Source: Saccostrea cucullata
Lineage: Eukaryota
Reading direction: 5' to 3'
Length of the DNA stretch: 64,000 bases
Assembly: GCF_032062105.1 (NCBI RefSeq)
Contig: NW_026928293.1
Location: 62,001-126,000, forward strand
The notes beneath the pieces were generated by a model. The model was not told where the DNA came from. It was given only the letters and a program-made list of their open reading frames with translations, and searched no databases. The position numbers and the translations under genes were made by a program. Positions within the stretch are counted from its first letter, which is position 1; every line of letters begins with the position of its first letter. Positions 25,288-37,577 of the stretch are shown piece after piece.

Positions 25288-25976
25288 AAGAACCACGAAC
25301 GATAGTATTGTTCTCCCGCCTACCTCTAAGTCAATTCTCAAAAGTTAACATATTCGAATGATTTTCATAAAACGTTACTTTTTTTGAAAACCAAAGAGAG
25401 ATAACTCTATAATTTTGGTAAAACTTGAGTTTTTCACTATGGAAATCAATGGAAAACGGAAAATATTTTTAAAACATCTTCCCCCCCCCCTCCCCCGTGA
25501 AACAAAAATTCCTTTTTACAGGTAATATGGACTGTCATTTTACAAATTTGTGCCAAAGCTTTTTGTGTTTCACGGGGGGAACATATGTTTATAGACAAAA
25601 AACGAAAAAAAAATGCTGATTTTTCACCAATTCTAAAGCTATTTACAACTAAATAATTGTATTTTATTAATTTATATATGTTTTATTTATTTGCGTAAAA
25701 CATAAGAAAAGATATGATATACATTTTATCACATTTAAGACTATTTCAAAATATGGTGATTCTTGAAAGTTAGATTTCACTAGTAAATATCGTCTACCCC
25801 CCTTTTTTCAAAAGCTGAAATTAATGAAAATATATTATCTAGCGCTGGAAATAAAATGATTAATCAATTACCATAGAACTGTTCTTTGTATTAAACAAAG
25901 ATTTAATGGCCAAATTGCCATAGAAATTGAATTTAATGGTTGCAAACTTTAGGCGGGAATCAAGAGTTAGAGTACA
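25288..25976 (+). mobile_element. Unclassified ~700-bp dispersed element (second copy inverted at 35973-36683)
   Basis: Colinear with the reverse complement of 35973-36683 over its full length; subterminal inverted 9-mer TCCCGCCTA/TAGGCGGGA. Confidence 0.8.
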
Positions 25977-26746
25977 TAGTTCCTTGTATCACACGTATAC
26001 TTTACTTTGTTAATTTGATACACATATATACTTCACTGTTAATTTGAATTACACATATACTTTCCTCATAAACCTAAACTGAATCCCTCCACTTTATGTC
26101 TATACTTTCCTCTGTTCATTTGTAATAATTAAACATACTTCACTCTGTTAATTTTTATGGTAGGATTGGATTTTACAGAGTTAGAAAATAACGATAAGTT
26201 GTATTGGTTAAGACCGTTTTTTAGTTTACATTCGGAAACTTTCTATAGCTTTATGCAGTGATTTGGGAAACGTCTTTGTACGGGTTATACACTGAAGTGA
26301 TCTCATTTAAGGAGTTAAAATAGCGAATAAGAGAGGTATTTTCATAGGAAAATTTTCGTTACACTGGTACCGTGTAATTCTCAAATTGCATTGGTACCGT
26401 CTATAACGAAATCCGATTACATTGGTGCCGTGAGTGTACTTAAGACTAAATGTAAAACCAAATCCGGTACAATTTGAAATTAATACACACTGAATTCACT
26501 CTGTTAGTTACGAAATAAAGTCTTCGTTTTCGTGAATGTTGTAGAATAACCTCAGAGGTCGAGAAATCTTGTTTGAAAGATAAAAGTCGAGGCGTTAGCC
26601 TAGGCTTTTATATTTCAAACAACATGTCTCGACCCTGGAAGTTATTCTGCATCATTCAAGACAACAAGGACTTTATTTCTATTCTACTAAGCAGCTCTAA
26701 AATACGACTGAACGTTTCTCTACAGAGAAACGCATTAGGTCACCAT

Positions 26747-27379
26747 TATGGCACGCCAAATTCACAAAAAACAGATAAACCTAGTTTCACATTTGATAAA
26801 CTAGGTTTATCGACTGTAAACTATAGTTTACAAACCGTAAACTATAGTTAACGATTCGTTAAGTATAGTTAACGATTCGTTAAGTATAGTTTTCATCTGT
26901 AAAACTATATTTAACGGTTGATAACTATAGTTTACGAATGATAATCTAAGTTTATCTGTCTGTAATAAGCGTTAACAATAGATTTTGTTGATAAACATAG
27001 ATTCACGTTTGTAAACTGTAGTTTACAATCGTAAACTATAGTTAAGAGTTGTTAATCATAGTTTCACAAATCGTGAAACTATATTTATCAGATCGTTAAC
27101 TATAGTTAACGGTTTGTAAACTACAGTTTACAAATTGTGAAACTGTATTTATCAGATAATCTATGTTTTGCAATCGCAAATGATAGTTTTCGGTGTTAAG
27201 TATAGTTTACGGTTGTGAAACATAGATTATCGCGTTAACTATAGTTTACAGATGTAAAATATAGATTAACGTTGTTAACTATAGTTTACAGTCCGTAAAC
27301 TATAGTTTACAACCGATAAACCTAGTTTATCGATTGTGAAACTATGATTTGCTCATTTTTGTGAATTTGGCGTGCCATA
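26747..27379. mobile_element. Non-autonomous IS3EU-like MITE
   Basis: Perfect 24-bp TIR TATGGCACGCCAAATTCACAAAAA; 6-bp TSD CACCAT (26741-26746, 27380-27385). TAY..RTA ends plus a 6-bp TSD match IS3EU as I recall it. Interior is a ~21-bp array built on the palindrome AAACTATAGTTT. Confidence 0.8.
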
Positions 27380-27808
27380 CACCATGCTTTGTTAATGCTG
27401 TTCCATTTAGCACCAGAGTGTAGATTTGTTTGTTTGGCTGTGTATATAATGCAGACGATTAAGCTTTCGCCACTTTCAAATTAGCCTTTTATTAATTGTA
27501 AATCTGTTTGTGGCTAATATAGATAGACCTTTTTTGAATATACAATATAACAAAATCGGCTTCCTGTTTTACCACTTTATCACTAAAATCACGGAGTTTA
27601 CATATGGCGTAGGGAGGTCCGTGAAACAGCCCCGCTTAGTTTTAGAAACCTACATTTATTAGCTACTTTCTGAAATATTATACAGTGTTTAAATTGCAAA
27701 TCGATATGGTCTAAATATGTATTTCAAGTCAAATGTACATTTCAACTGCACAGGTTTGATACGTGTTTCTGATCTGATAATTTTTTGATGACGTTCGTGA
27801 TTTATTTA

Positions 27809-28188
27809 AGAAATGAATTTCATTTTTGAAGATTCATGAGGTTATGAACTACGACGCGTCACGCCGACATATTCGTCAGCGCTTCATGATAAATATGCCG
27901 GCGTGAAGCGTTGTAGTTCATTTACCTCATGAATCTTCAAAAATGAAATTCATTTCTCATATTTACATTATTTTTCAAATGAGTAGCCACAAATTTACGC
28001 CATTCAACTGTCATTTTTAAAGCATTTAACAATTTGCACTATAGTTTTACGTCAAGTGCGGTATTGTGACGTAACAATGGAGATATTCATGCTCTGCATC
28101 CATGGTACTTCATGAGGAAATGAACAATACTTCTTATTGCAAAGAAACGTAAGGAAAATTATTTGGAAATGTAAATATTGGAGAATAA
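27809..28188. mobile_element. Long-hairpin element (unclassified)
   Basis: Imperfect hairpin 27809-27957 (~60-bp arms); TTCTCATATTTACATT right after it is inverted relative to AATGTAAATATTGGAGAA at 28168-28185. Confidence 0.6.
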
Positions 28189-28987
28189 TGTCCGCGGCAT
28201 TTATTTGATCTCGGCAATAATCGTAGTAGAATTTGAAATACACTCTAACTTCACTCTGTAAGTTTGAAATACACAAATACTTCAGTCTGTTTGTTTAAAA
28301 TGCACACATACCCCACTCTGTTAATTTGAAAATTCCCTATCCATCAATTCTGTTAATTTTAAATACATACGTTTTTCACTCTGTTAATTTGAAATACACA
28401 CATACTTAAATCTTTTAATTTGAAATATACATATACATTACGCTGTTGCTTTAATACACGTATACTTCACTGTCACAATTTGAAAAACATGTATACTTCC
28501 CTCTGCTCATTTGAAATACACATACATGTATACGTCACTCTGCTTGTTTGAGATACATGTATATATTCTTCAATCTGTTAATTTGAAATACACATACTTC
28601 ACTCTGTTAACTAGAAATACACGTATACGTCACTCCGTTCATTTGAATTACACGTATACTTTTCTTTGTTATTTTGTAATATACAAATACTTCACTCTGT
28701 TAATTTGGTAGGCATACATACTAGTAATTCACTCGGTAAATTTGCATTACAAATATAACCCTCCTCTAGATCCGCACATGATTGGATCACGGAGCAACGT
28801 CAAAATTGAGTAATTTACTAATTTTCACTTTATAGTATCTATAGCCTTACCTCTAATAAATGGAGCTGAAACGAAATAAAATTTACATGTTTAAATCAAG
28901 CCCTGCTGTATTACTTGAAATGCTATCAGGTAATTTAATATATCGCTCCGTTTAAAAGATATCAGTTTCTAAAAAAGGCAAAGAATC

Positions 28988-29673
28988 ATGACGTTGGAGG
29001 ACGTCACAGAGCAGCAAGTAGCAATAAAACTTTGCTTTGCATTCGGGGAATTTCTTTAACAAACTAAAAAAATCTGGATGAACCAGAAAATTTATGAAAA
29101 AAGCCGCGTATTTGTATTAAATGGAAAATGCAATTTTTGAGTGGTAGAGACTTTGAATCGGACGATGGATGGTCTTCAAAGAACCAAGTTATACTAGTAG
29201 ACGTACGGTGTATTTAAAAATCAATCAAAAGAGAGAGTTAGGAACGTCACTAAACGTGATGTGCGCTTCACTGTTGCGGGACTAATAGAGTTACGCAGTA
29301 AAGAATTTGAAAACACTGACAACCTATTTGCACAATTGTTAGCAAACTAGATGTAAAGTGTTATGGGTGCGTTTTTATGAATGGATCAGACGCTACAAAC
29401 TGTATAAAATTCAAAAGCAGAGTAAAATTTTGAGAAACTTTCTCGACGTTTTTTAGACGTTACAATATCGGTATAACCGTGCTCCGTGGTAACAAAACAT
29501 GTTGCTTTAAAAATTGGCTAACATGAGTTCTATTTAATCAAATGAAATGAAACTTCACACTTCGACAAGGTAAATATTATTTACGAAAACGTGTTGATCT
29601 ATAATCTTGTATTAGTACATTGTATTATGACGATGAGGAACATTGTCTACGTATTTTTTGAATGACCCTCGTA
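28988..29673 (+). pseudogene. Decayed mariner-family transposon relic
   Basis: MTLEDVTEQQVAIKLCFAFG...KWKMQFLSGRD resembles the mariner N-terminal HTH (EQR.AIKFCF...W...F.SGRES..DD) with frameshifts; mariner-like right end ...TTTTGAATGACCCTCGTA at ~29655-29673. Confidence 0.65.
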
Positions 29674-29947
29674 CATGTGCATACTTCACTCTGTTAATTT
29701 GAAATATGCACGTACCTCACACTGTTTATTTGAAATACACAAAGTTTTCATCACGTTAATTTGAAATATGCACATACTTCTTCACTTAAGATAATTTGAA
29801 ACACACATAAACTTCATTCTCCTTATTAGAAATACACATATACTTCACTCTATTAATTTGAAATGCAAATATGTTTAAAGTTGTTAATTTGAAATACACA
29901 TATAGTTCACCGTTAATTTGAAATACACATATCGTTCACTGTTAATT

Positions 29948-30240
29948 AAGGAATTAAGCTCGGCGGTTTATAAAGCGTAAACTGCCCCAAGTTATGTTAT
30001 ATCGTATAACATAAGTTGAAATAAGCTTCATTCCTTATAATATAATTTCAGTGTAGACAATAAGACAATTTTTCCTCCGAAAAAGACTTCAAATTTTACA
30101 TGTTTTAAAAGTAATGTCAAGCGGAGTACATGTAGTACCTTTCTGACGTAACTCATTGTGACGTGGGCAAGTTATGTTATACAAAATGGATTAAATCTTT
30201 TACCCAATCAAATGACGCGTTACAACTAAGATTAAATTAT
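29948..30240. mobile_element. Short hairpin-type element inserted in the minisatellite
   Basis: AAGGAATTAAGCT...AGCTTCATTCCTT inverted arms; ATAATTT vs terminal AAATTAT; CCAATCA ~30 nt from the end; splits one minisatellite unit. Confidence 0.5.
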
Positions 30241-31393
30241 TTTGAAATACACATATACAGTGTAGTTCACAGTTAATTTGAAATACACATATAGTTTACT
30301 GTTATTATGAATTACACGTATACTTTAATCTGTTAATTTGAAATAAACACTGCATTCCCTAAATCTGATGTTTTTGCTTTTCACTATCTGTTCCTCAATG
30401 TTTGGTTTTTTATGGAAAATCTGGTGAGATAAATGTCAATATTAAGAAAATAACAGCATCAACACAATAACTAAAGCAATAAAACAAAATAAAACTTTAA
30501 AACATCCCAGTGTATTGATTAAATGAATGTTACAGTGGTCTTATTTTTCTACTGACATTTTTAAAATTGATGTAATTTACGACAATTCCACACAGTCGAA
30601 GACAAATAATCTGTTTTTCCATAATACGATTTAATTTATGCCAAGTAGCTATAAACTGATAAAATGAAAAGACTTTGGATTTCAACATATCGTCTTTTTA
30701 AGATTTTGATGGGTATATATATGACAACACTCAATAACCAAAGAAAATTGTAAATTAGTGAAAGACAATACGTTTAATGAATAATATTTCAAAGAGAAAA
30801 TAACATCAAATTTTGAATAAAAAAAATATTTTTTCCAGGTTAAACATTCACAATAACTGAGAAAATTAGATTAATGATCACAAGAGAATAAATAGTTAAA
30901 TAAACGCATTAACATCCTCACAAATTTAAAGTTTTATTCAGAACCATTTAAAGATACAGCGTGACGCACAAATGAGAGAAAAATGACAAACGTAGATTTT
31001 TTACATGACCCGTGTAAATTTTGTTCAATTTCTGAAACTATTAGGTTTCAGAAAATTACAGGTTTCAGAACCTAAAAAAATCTATTTTTATGGAGAAAAA
31101 TACAAATCAAAATAATTTCAATAAAAATACGAAAATATTGCTTCAGAATTAATAGAACATTGATTTTCTAGAAACTTCTGATGGAGCTAAAATTACCACT
31201 ATCATGTACCAAAAACTCCATGTACACATTCCCTACGCGGCCTCGGTCAGGTCAGGTCATCTCGTGGGCCAGGTCTCGGGTCCTCATTTCACCATGTTGA
31301 CCTCAAAAGGGGTAATTAATTGTATATTATTAACCTTATTGCGCACATCCGTGTCTTATAGGTTCGTCTTTCCGCTTGAACATTTGTATACAG

Positions 31394-31400
31394 TATAAAA
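31394..31400 (+). promoter_or_regulatory. Candidate TATA box of the methyltransferase gene
   Basis: TATAAAA followed by GGAGG, about 80 nt upstream of the ATG at 31477. Confidence 0.5.
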
Positions 31401-31476
31401 GGAGGTTCAACGGTCTTGATTTCAAATGAAATAAATTCTCGGCTTAATCTTGCAGTTATCCCCGTTTAATAATAAA

Positions 31477-33679
31477 ATGAGCAATTTGACAAATTACAAC
31501 GAAGTTTCCAAGGTTTACGACTGTGGGAGAAAGGCTTTTGATGGCCACGTTCTCAAAAGTACGATGGAAAACTTTACAGAAAAGAAATTTCAGGTAAAAA
31601 TTTTTTTTTCTCGTTTACAAGGAATCCATGGAGAATTCCTTATTTTAAAAATTTCTCACACAGTTATGAAATGAAAATTCATCTTTTCTGCATGATCGTC
31701 CGAGTCATTGCCGTTCTTCTATTCAAAAACCAATGGGTCAATTTCAACCAAAGTTGGCACAAATTATCCTTGAGTTAAGGGAAATGAAGAGCCACTCCCT
31801 CTCCTAGGGTAGGTAATTAAAGAATAATGAAAATTTGGTGTTATATCTTTAAAACTCTCCTCAGAAACCACTGAGCCATAAAAATAAAACTTTCTTTACT
31901 TAGTATACATTTATATTGTACAAATTGTGACACCCGGAGAAAGCGTGAGGCCACAATCGGGGATCAAAGTTTTACATAGGAAATATAGGGGAAAATTTAT
32001 GAAATTCTTATCTCAAGAATAGCAAAGTCTTGTGAAGTCATATTCTGTAATATAGAATCATACTAAGGTAGAGTAAAGTTTTCGGTTTTTTAAAATCATT
32101 GCCCCCGGGTGTAGGATGGCAGCCACAGTATGGAATCAAATTTTTACAAAGTACATATGGGAACAATCTCGAAAATTTTGCTTCTCAAAAGCAGCGAAGC
32201 TATATTAAGTCAGATTAATATGGAAGTATCCTCAGGTACTGTAGATTCAGATTTGTTAAAATCGTGACCTGTAGGAGTTAGATGTGACCAAGACATGGGG
32301 TCAAAGTTATATTAAAAAAAGAATATAAGGGATATATCAATTAAAATTTCTTCTCAAGAACACCAAAGCTAGTCTTGTTAATCAGAAGCATCCACAGGTA
32401 GAGTAAATTCAGATATGTTCCAATTATGTCCCCAGAGGAAGGCAGGCCTCAGTAGAAGATCAAATGTCGGAACCACATTATATTGAAACTTTTCAATGCT
32501 GATTTCTGGATTTTCCTAGCTAAAGTGCCCATATGAACGATGTGGCCCATTGACCTCTTGTTAATTTTATTATCAAAGTTTTTTTTTAACGTACATTGTA
32601 ATTAAGTTGTCATTATCTTTTGTTGTACCTCTCCCCTTTCAAAAATTATTATAGATCCCTGTATTCTTATGATTTCATCCACTTTTAGGAAATGGATATA
32701 ATCGACATTGGCTCTGGAACAGGAAATTTTTCGGAATATTTTACTCAATTTGAGCCGCGAAGTCTAACATTACTAGATGCCAGTGAAGGAATGCTTAACA
32801 AGGCTCGAGCAAAAGTGAAAACGCCATCAAACCGGACTCAGTTGACCTTCAAACAAGCAGTTCTTCCGGAAATACCATACAAAGACAATTCATTTGACGC
32901 TGGTATGATCAACCACGTAAGTATATTATTATTTTAATAATTATTTTTAGGTGCGTAGGGGGTTGTCTCCTCAGACAAAATTATTTTGTATTCAAAATAT
33001 ACATAAAAAGGCTGCATATGGTCCCTTACTTTTTGTATTGTAGCAACCAGAAATTGCCCCCCCCCAAGAAAAAATAAAATTAATAGATATCTCTTTTCTT
33101 TTTTGATTTGTTTGAAAAAGTCCTTCAGGTAAGTTTATGTTTTGTTATTTCTAAAATAAAACTTCTTTAATTATATTTACTTGGTAGGTCGTGCATCATT
33201 TGGAAAAAAATCCTGATGGCGATTCGTACCCGGTGTTGCTTAAGACACTGAAACAAGTTTATCGAATTCTCAAGCCAGGCGGAGTGCTGACCATTATAAC
33301 GGATACACCAGAAAATTTGGAAGGAAATTGGTTTGTACATCTTGTACCAGGAGCCATGAAGAAATGGCATAAGCTGTTACCCACCCATAAGCAAATGAAA
33401 GACATGCTGAAAGACTCTGGATTTACTTTGAAATCAGCTTTTAGATCATTAATGATGTCATACTTTCCTGTTTATGGAGACTTGGATGGACCACTTCATG
33501 AATCTTGGAGAAATTTGAATTCCTTTTGGGATGTCTGCACGGATACAGAAATTCAGAACATGGTCAGAAAAGTGACACAAATGAAAGAAGAAGGCACTCT
33601 CAAAAAGTACTTTGAAAGTCATCATAAAATTGATAGTACTGGAGCTTATGAAATTTTTGTTGTCAAAAAAGAATTGTAG
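31477..33679 (+). CDS. Class I SAM-dependent methyltransferase (Methyltransf_11/UbiE-like), ~278 aa, 3 exons
   Basis: Exons 31477-31593, 32689-32916, 33188-33679, all phase 0. Motif I IIDIGSGTG, LLDASEGML, PYKDNSFD...NHVVHHL, and YRILKPGGVL. Confidence 0.92.
31680..32562 (+). mobile_element. Old, diverged Helentron-type family A copy in methyltransferase intron 1
   Basis: Degenerate ~166-bp units and 3' end CGATGTGGCCCATTGACCTCTTGTT. Confidence 0.7.
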
Positions 33680-33695
33680 GTGATGTATAATATAA

Positions 33696-33734
<39 letters not shown>

Positions 33735-34320
33735 AGAAAAAAAAAGAGAATTTTTAAATGAAAATCATTTTGACTTCACGCTCACTATATTTTGTTTCAC
33801 TGATAGTTTTTGTATCCACATTGAAAATAAAATCTATTTTAATTTTGTCAACTTGAAAGCCAAATTTTTAATTTTTTTAAATTATGCTGACTTCAATAAT
33901 CAATCGTTAATTCATTTTTAAGCAAGTAATAATGCATGAAGATTTTATTACCTATTGTGAAGCAAGCAATAATGCAAGAACTCAGATGGATATTTTCACT
34001 ATTGAATTTACCAAAGTCTGCATGGTGCAAAGGCTGATTAAATTCAATTACAGTACATACTAGTACACGTGATTGGTTGAGCTGAGAAATATAAGTCATT
34101 GGTGTCGGAACCGGCTTACCGGTGGGCCGGGGGAGCTTAGTCGCCCACTTTTTTTGTGCAAAGATAGACATAATAAAGGCATTAAACATTGGGGCGTAGG
34201 TTGGTTTTTTGGCATGTCAATATTTTTTTCAGTCTTGATTTTTTTTCATCTCTTTCAATTAGCTCCTTCCCCTCTTCAATTTTTTTTCCGACTCCGAGGT
34301 AAAACCAATGTCAAACGTAA

Positions 34321-34843
34321 AACTTTACACGATAAATTCTTATGAAAGTTTAGCAAAAATTTGATAATTAGCTAGCTTGCTTCACATATTTTTGACATCG
34401 ACCCTATAAAGCGATGACGATGAAACGATGATCCTTAAACAGAATGGCATTGATGCGATGGTACGACAGTGCGATGACAATGATGTCATGGCACGGTGAA
34501 GACATAGCGCAAAGGTGCGATAGCAATAACATGGTGCAATGACAGTGGCGCGATGGTACGTTGACGATGAAGCGTTCGATATTTACTGTCGCTCCACCAT
34601 GCTATCGCATTATCATCATTCTATATGTATTGCATTGTCATAGCAAATCGTCGCACTGTTGCTTCTTCATCATCGAAACATCGCTTTAGTATCGTCACAT
34701 CATGTTGCCATCATCCTTTTTGATTTCTGGCCATTCTATTTCTCATGATTAAGGCAAAGAGGCTTCGTCAAAATTCTGTGAAGAAGCCGCTTGGCTAATT
34801 ATCCAATTTTAGCTAATTTTCCAGAAGAATTTATCGTAAGTTT
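34321..34843. mobile_element. Degenerate foldback/MITE with (GCGATG/ACGATG)-type internal repeats
   Basis: ~80-bp diverged inverted ends (ACGATAAATTCTT...GATAATTAGC / GCTAATTATC...AAGAATTTATCGT); CGATG repeats in the left half and CATCG in the right half. Confidence 0.6.
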
Positions 34844-34977
34844 GTCGTTGCATTGGCGTCGGAAGCAAATTGAAAGTGGGTCGGGGTGGGGAGCTAATTG
34901 AAAGATCTAAAAATCGAACCGAAAACAAGAGGTCCAGTGGCCACATCGCTCACCTGAACAACTAGCTAGGAAAAAGC

Positions 34978-37577
34978 AACAAGAGGCCCATGGGACTATA
35001 AGTCACCTGAGTATCATGTAACAACTTTCCAACAATTGAATTTGATTCGTGTTTTAAACCAGAGGCCATGAAATTCACAATTTTGAAAGAGGCACCATTG
35101 CTTATCATAACTATACACTTACCATCTTACTTTGGTTACTTAATACCCAGAGGTAGATCAGAGTAACAAAGAGAAATGCATTTCCACTTTATCAGTTGTG
35201 CACCCCATCCCACAGGAACCACTGACCCTGGGGCAACATCTTTCAAAATTTTGGAAATTTTAAATTTTGTATCATCATGTTGTTGAGTAATATCAAAGCG
35301 CATATTTCAAAGCATTAAATTATTTCAAACTCTGTAACCCCCCCCCCCCCCCGTGCATCTGTCCCATGGGGCCCAGAATTAACCATTGTGGAAGAGGCAG
35401 CTTTCTTAGTCATAAATATGTACTGAGATCATTGGCTTAATACCCAGGAGCAAAGGAAAAGATTTCTAAAGAATTCATGCATTTTCATTATGTAAACATT
35501 AGAGCCCCGCCCTAACACAATAAGCCCTGACCCATGGCCCTGAAATTCACAAATCTTAAAAAGGCATCCTTCCTCCTCATAACTATGTACATAGTTCATT
35601 GGTTTAATAACCAGGTGCAGAAAAGAAGATTTTTGAAGAATTTATGCATTTTCACTATTTAAATTAATAGAGCCCTACCCTAACACCAAAGCCCCCAACC
35701 TAGGGGCCATAAAATGCACAATTTTAGAAGAGGCAGCCTTATTCAATATAACTAAGTATTCAGTTAGTTTATTTAATACTCAGGAGCAGAGAAGAAGTGT
35801 TTCAAACAAAAAATTCATTTTCACTATATAATTTAGCCCCGCCCTAGCACTAGATCCCCTGACCTTAGGTCCATGAAATTCACAATTTTGGAAGAGGCAG
35901 TCTTATTCAATATACAATTGGTCAGTTTATTTAATTTCTATGGCAGAGAAGAAGAATTTCAAAGAAGAAATACGCACGCTAACTGTCGATTCCCGCCTAT
36001 ATTTTGGAACCTTCAATATAAATAGCCATTTGGCCATAAAATCTTTGTTTAGTTCAATGATAATTGATGAATTGTCTTAATACCATCGCTAAACAGTAAA
36101 TTATTCATAATCCCAGCTCTTTAAAAAGGGGGGTTAGACGATATTTTTTCATTGAAATTGAAGTTTCAAGCATCACCATATTTCAAAATAGTCTTGGATA
36201 CGATTAAAATTAATGTTCCTTATATCTTTTCTTTTGTTTTAGGCAAATAAATAAAACATAAATATACCAATGAAATATAATGTTTCAGTTGTAAATCGCT
36301 TTGAAAATTGTGGAAAATAAGCATTTTTATCGTTTTTGTCAATAAACATATGCCCCCCCCCCCCCCCCTGTCACACAAAAATCTTTGGTATGAATCTGTG
36401 AAATAACATTCCATATTACCTGTAAAAAAGAATTTTTGTGACACGGGGGGGGGGATGTTTTAAAAAGATTTTCCGTTTTCCGTTGATTTCTATAGTGAAA
36501 AACACAAGTTTTACCAAAATTTTAAAGTCATCTCCCTTTGTTTTCCTAAATAAGTAATGTTTTATGAAAATCCATATATTAATTATCTATAAAAAAAAAA
36601 TAGTAAAAATTCATCGAATATGTAAACTTTTGAAAATTGACCTGGGGGTAGGCGGGAGAACAATACTATCGTTCGCAGTTCTCTATGCATTTTCACTGTA
36701 TATAATCTATATAGCCCCGCCCTACCACTAGAACCTCTGGCCCTGGGGCCATGAAATTCACAATTTTGGAAGAGACAGACTTATTCAACATAATTATGCA
36801 CTTGGTTAGTTTATTTAATGCCCATGAACAGAGAAGAAGAATTTCAAAGAATTTATGCATTTCACTATATTTATCTATATAGCCCCGCCCTAGCACTAGA
36901 ACCGTTGACCTTGGGGCCAGTAAATTCACAATTTTGGAAGAGACAGCCTTATTCAACATAACTATGCTTTTGGTTAGTTTATTTAATGCCCAAGAACAGA
37001 GAAGAAGAATTTCAAAGAATTTATTCATTTCACTATATTATCTATATAGTCCCGTCCTACTGTAGCACTAGAACCCCTGACCAGTTTTGGAAGAGGCAGT
37101 CATTTTCAAGTTAACTATGCACTTCCTTAGTTCATTTAATGCCCAGGAGCAGAAAAGAAGAATTTCAAAGAAATAATGCATTTTCACTATATAATTTATT
37201 TAGCCCAACCCTAGCACTAGAACCCCTGACCCTGGGGCCATGAATTTCACAATTTTAGTAGAGAACTCAATGCTGATTACAGTCATACCAACAGTTTGAA
37301 TGCTTAATGTCAAGGAGTAAAGAAGAAAATGTTTAAAGATTGCACTAACTTTAGTGCTTTTAGCCCTTACTCCCAGGCCCCAGGGAGGCAGAGACCATGA
37401 AAACCATAGTTTTTGTTCCCCTTTACCCATAGATGCTATATGCCAAATTTGGTTGAAATCGGTTCAGAGGTCTCAGAGATCAGAAGAAGCTGAAAATGTT
37501 CAAATGTTAACGCTTGACGAACGAGGTACGAAAACGGATAGCAATTAGTCACCTGAGATTACTCAGGTGACCTAAAA
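34978..37577 (-). mobile_element. Helentron-type element (family D) with ~167-bp tandem units, interrupted at 35973-36683
   Basis: AACAAGAGGCCCATGGGAC..AGTCACCTGAG at the left; GTCACCTGAGATTACTCAGGTGACCTAAAAA at the right; unit AATTCACAATTTTGGAAGAG... with period ~167. A family-A end fragment precedes it (34924-34976). Confidence 0.8.
35973..36683 (-). mobile_element. Second copy of the unclassified ~700-bp element, inserted at TA within a satellite unit
   Basis: Host unit reads AAGAAA-TA[insert]TA-TGCATTTTCAC; reverse-complement similarity to 25288-25976. Confidence 0.8.

Larger units (their letters stand above)
25985..30350 (+). repeat. Interrupted ~29-30-bp minisatellite (TACTTCACTCTGTTAATTTGAAATACACATA)
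   Basis: Blocks at ~25985-26160, 28230-28750, 29680-29945 and 30240-30350, separated by insertions. Confidence 0.8.

Noticed and set aside
26770-27350. Regularly spaced short palindromic repeats resembling a CRISPR array
   Set aside because: Units are contiguous ~21-bp degenerate repeats without unique spacers, enclosed by TIRs and a TSD; eukaryotic context and no cas genes.
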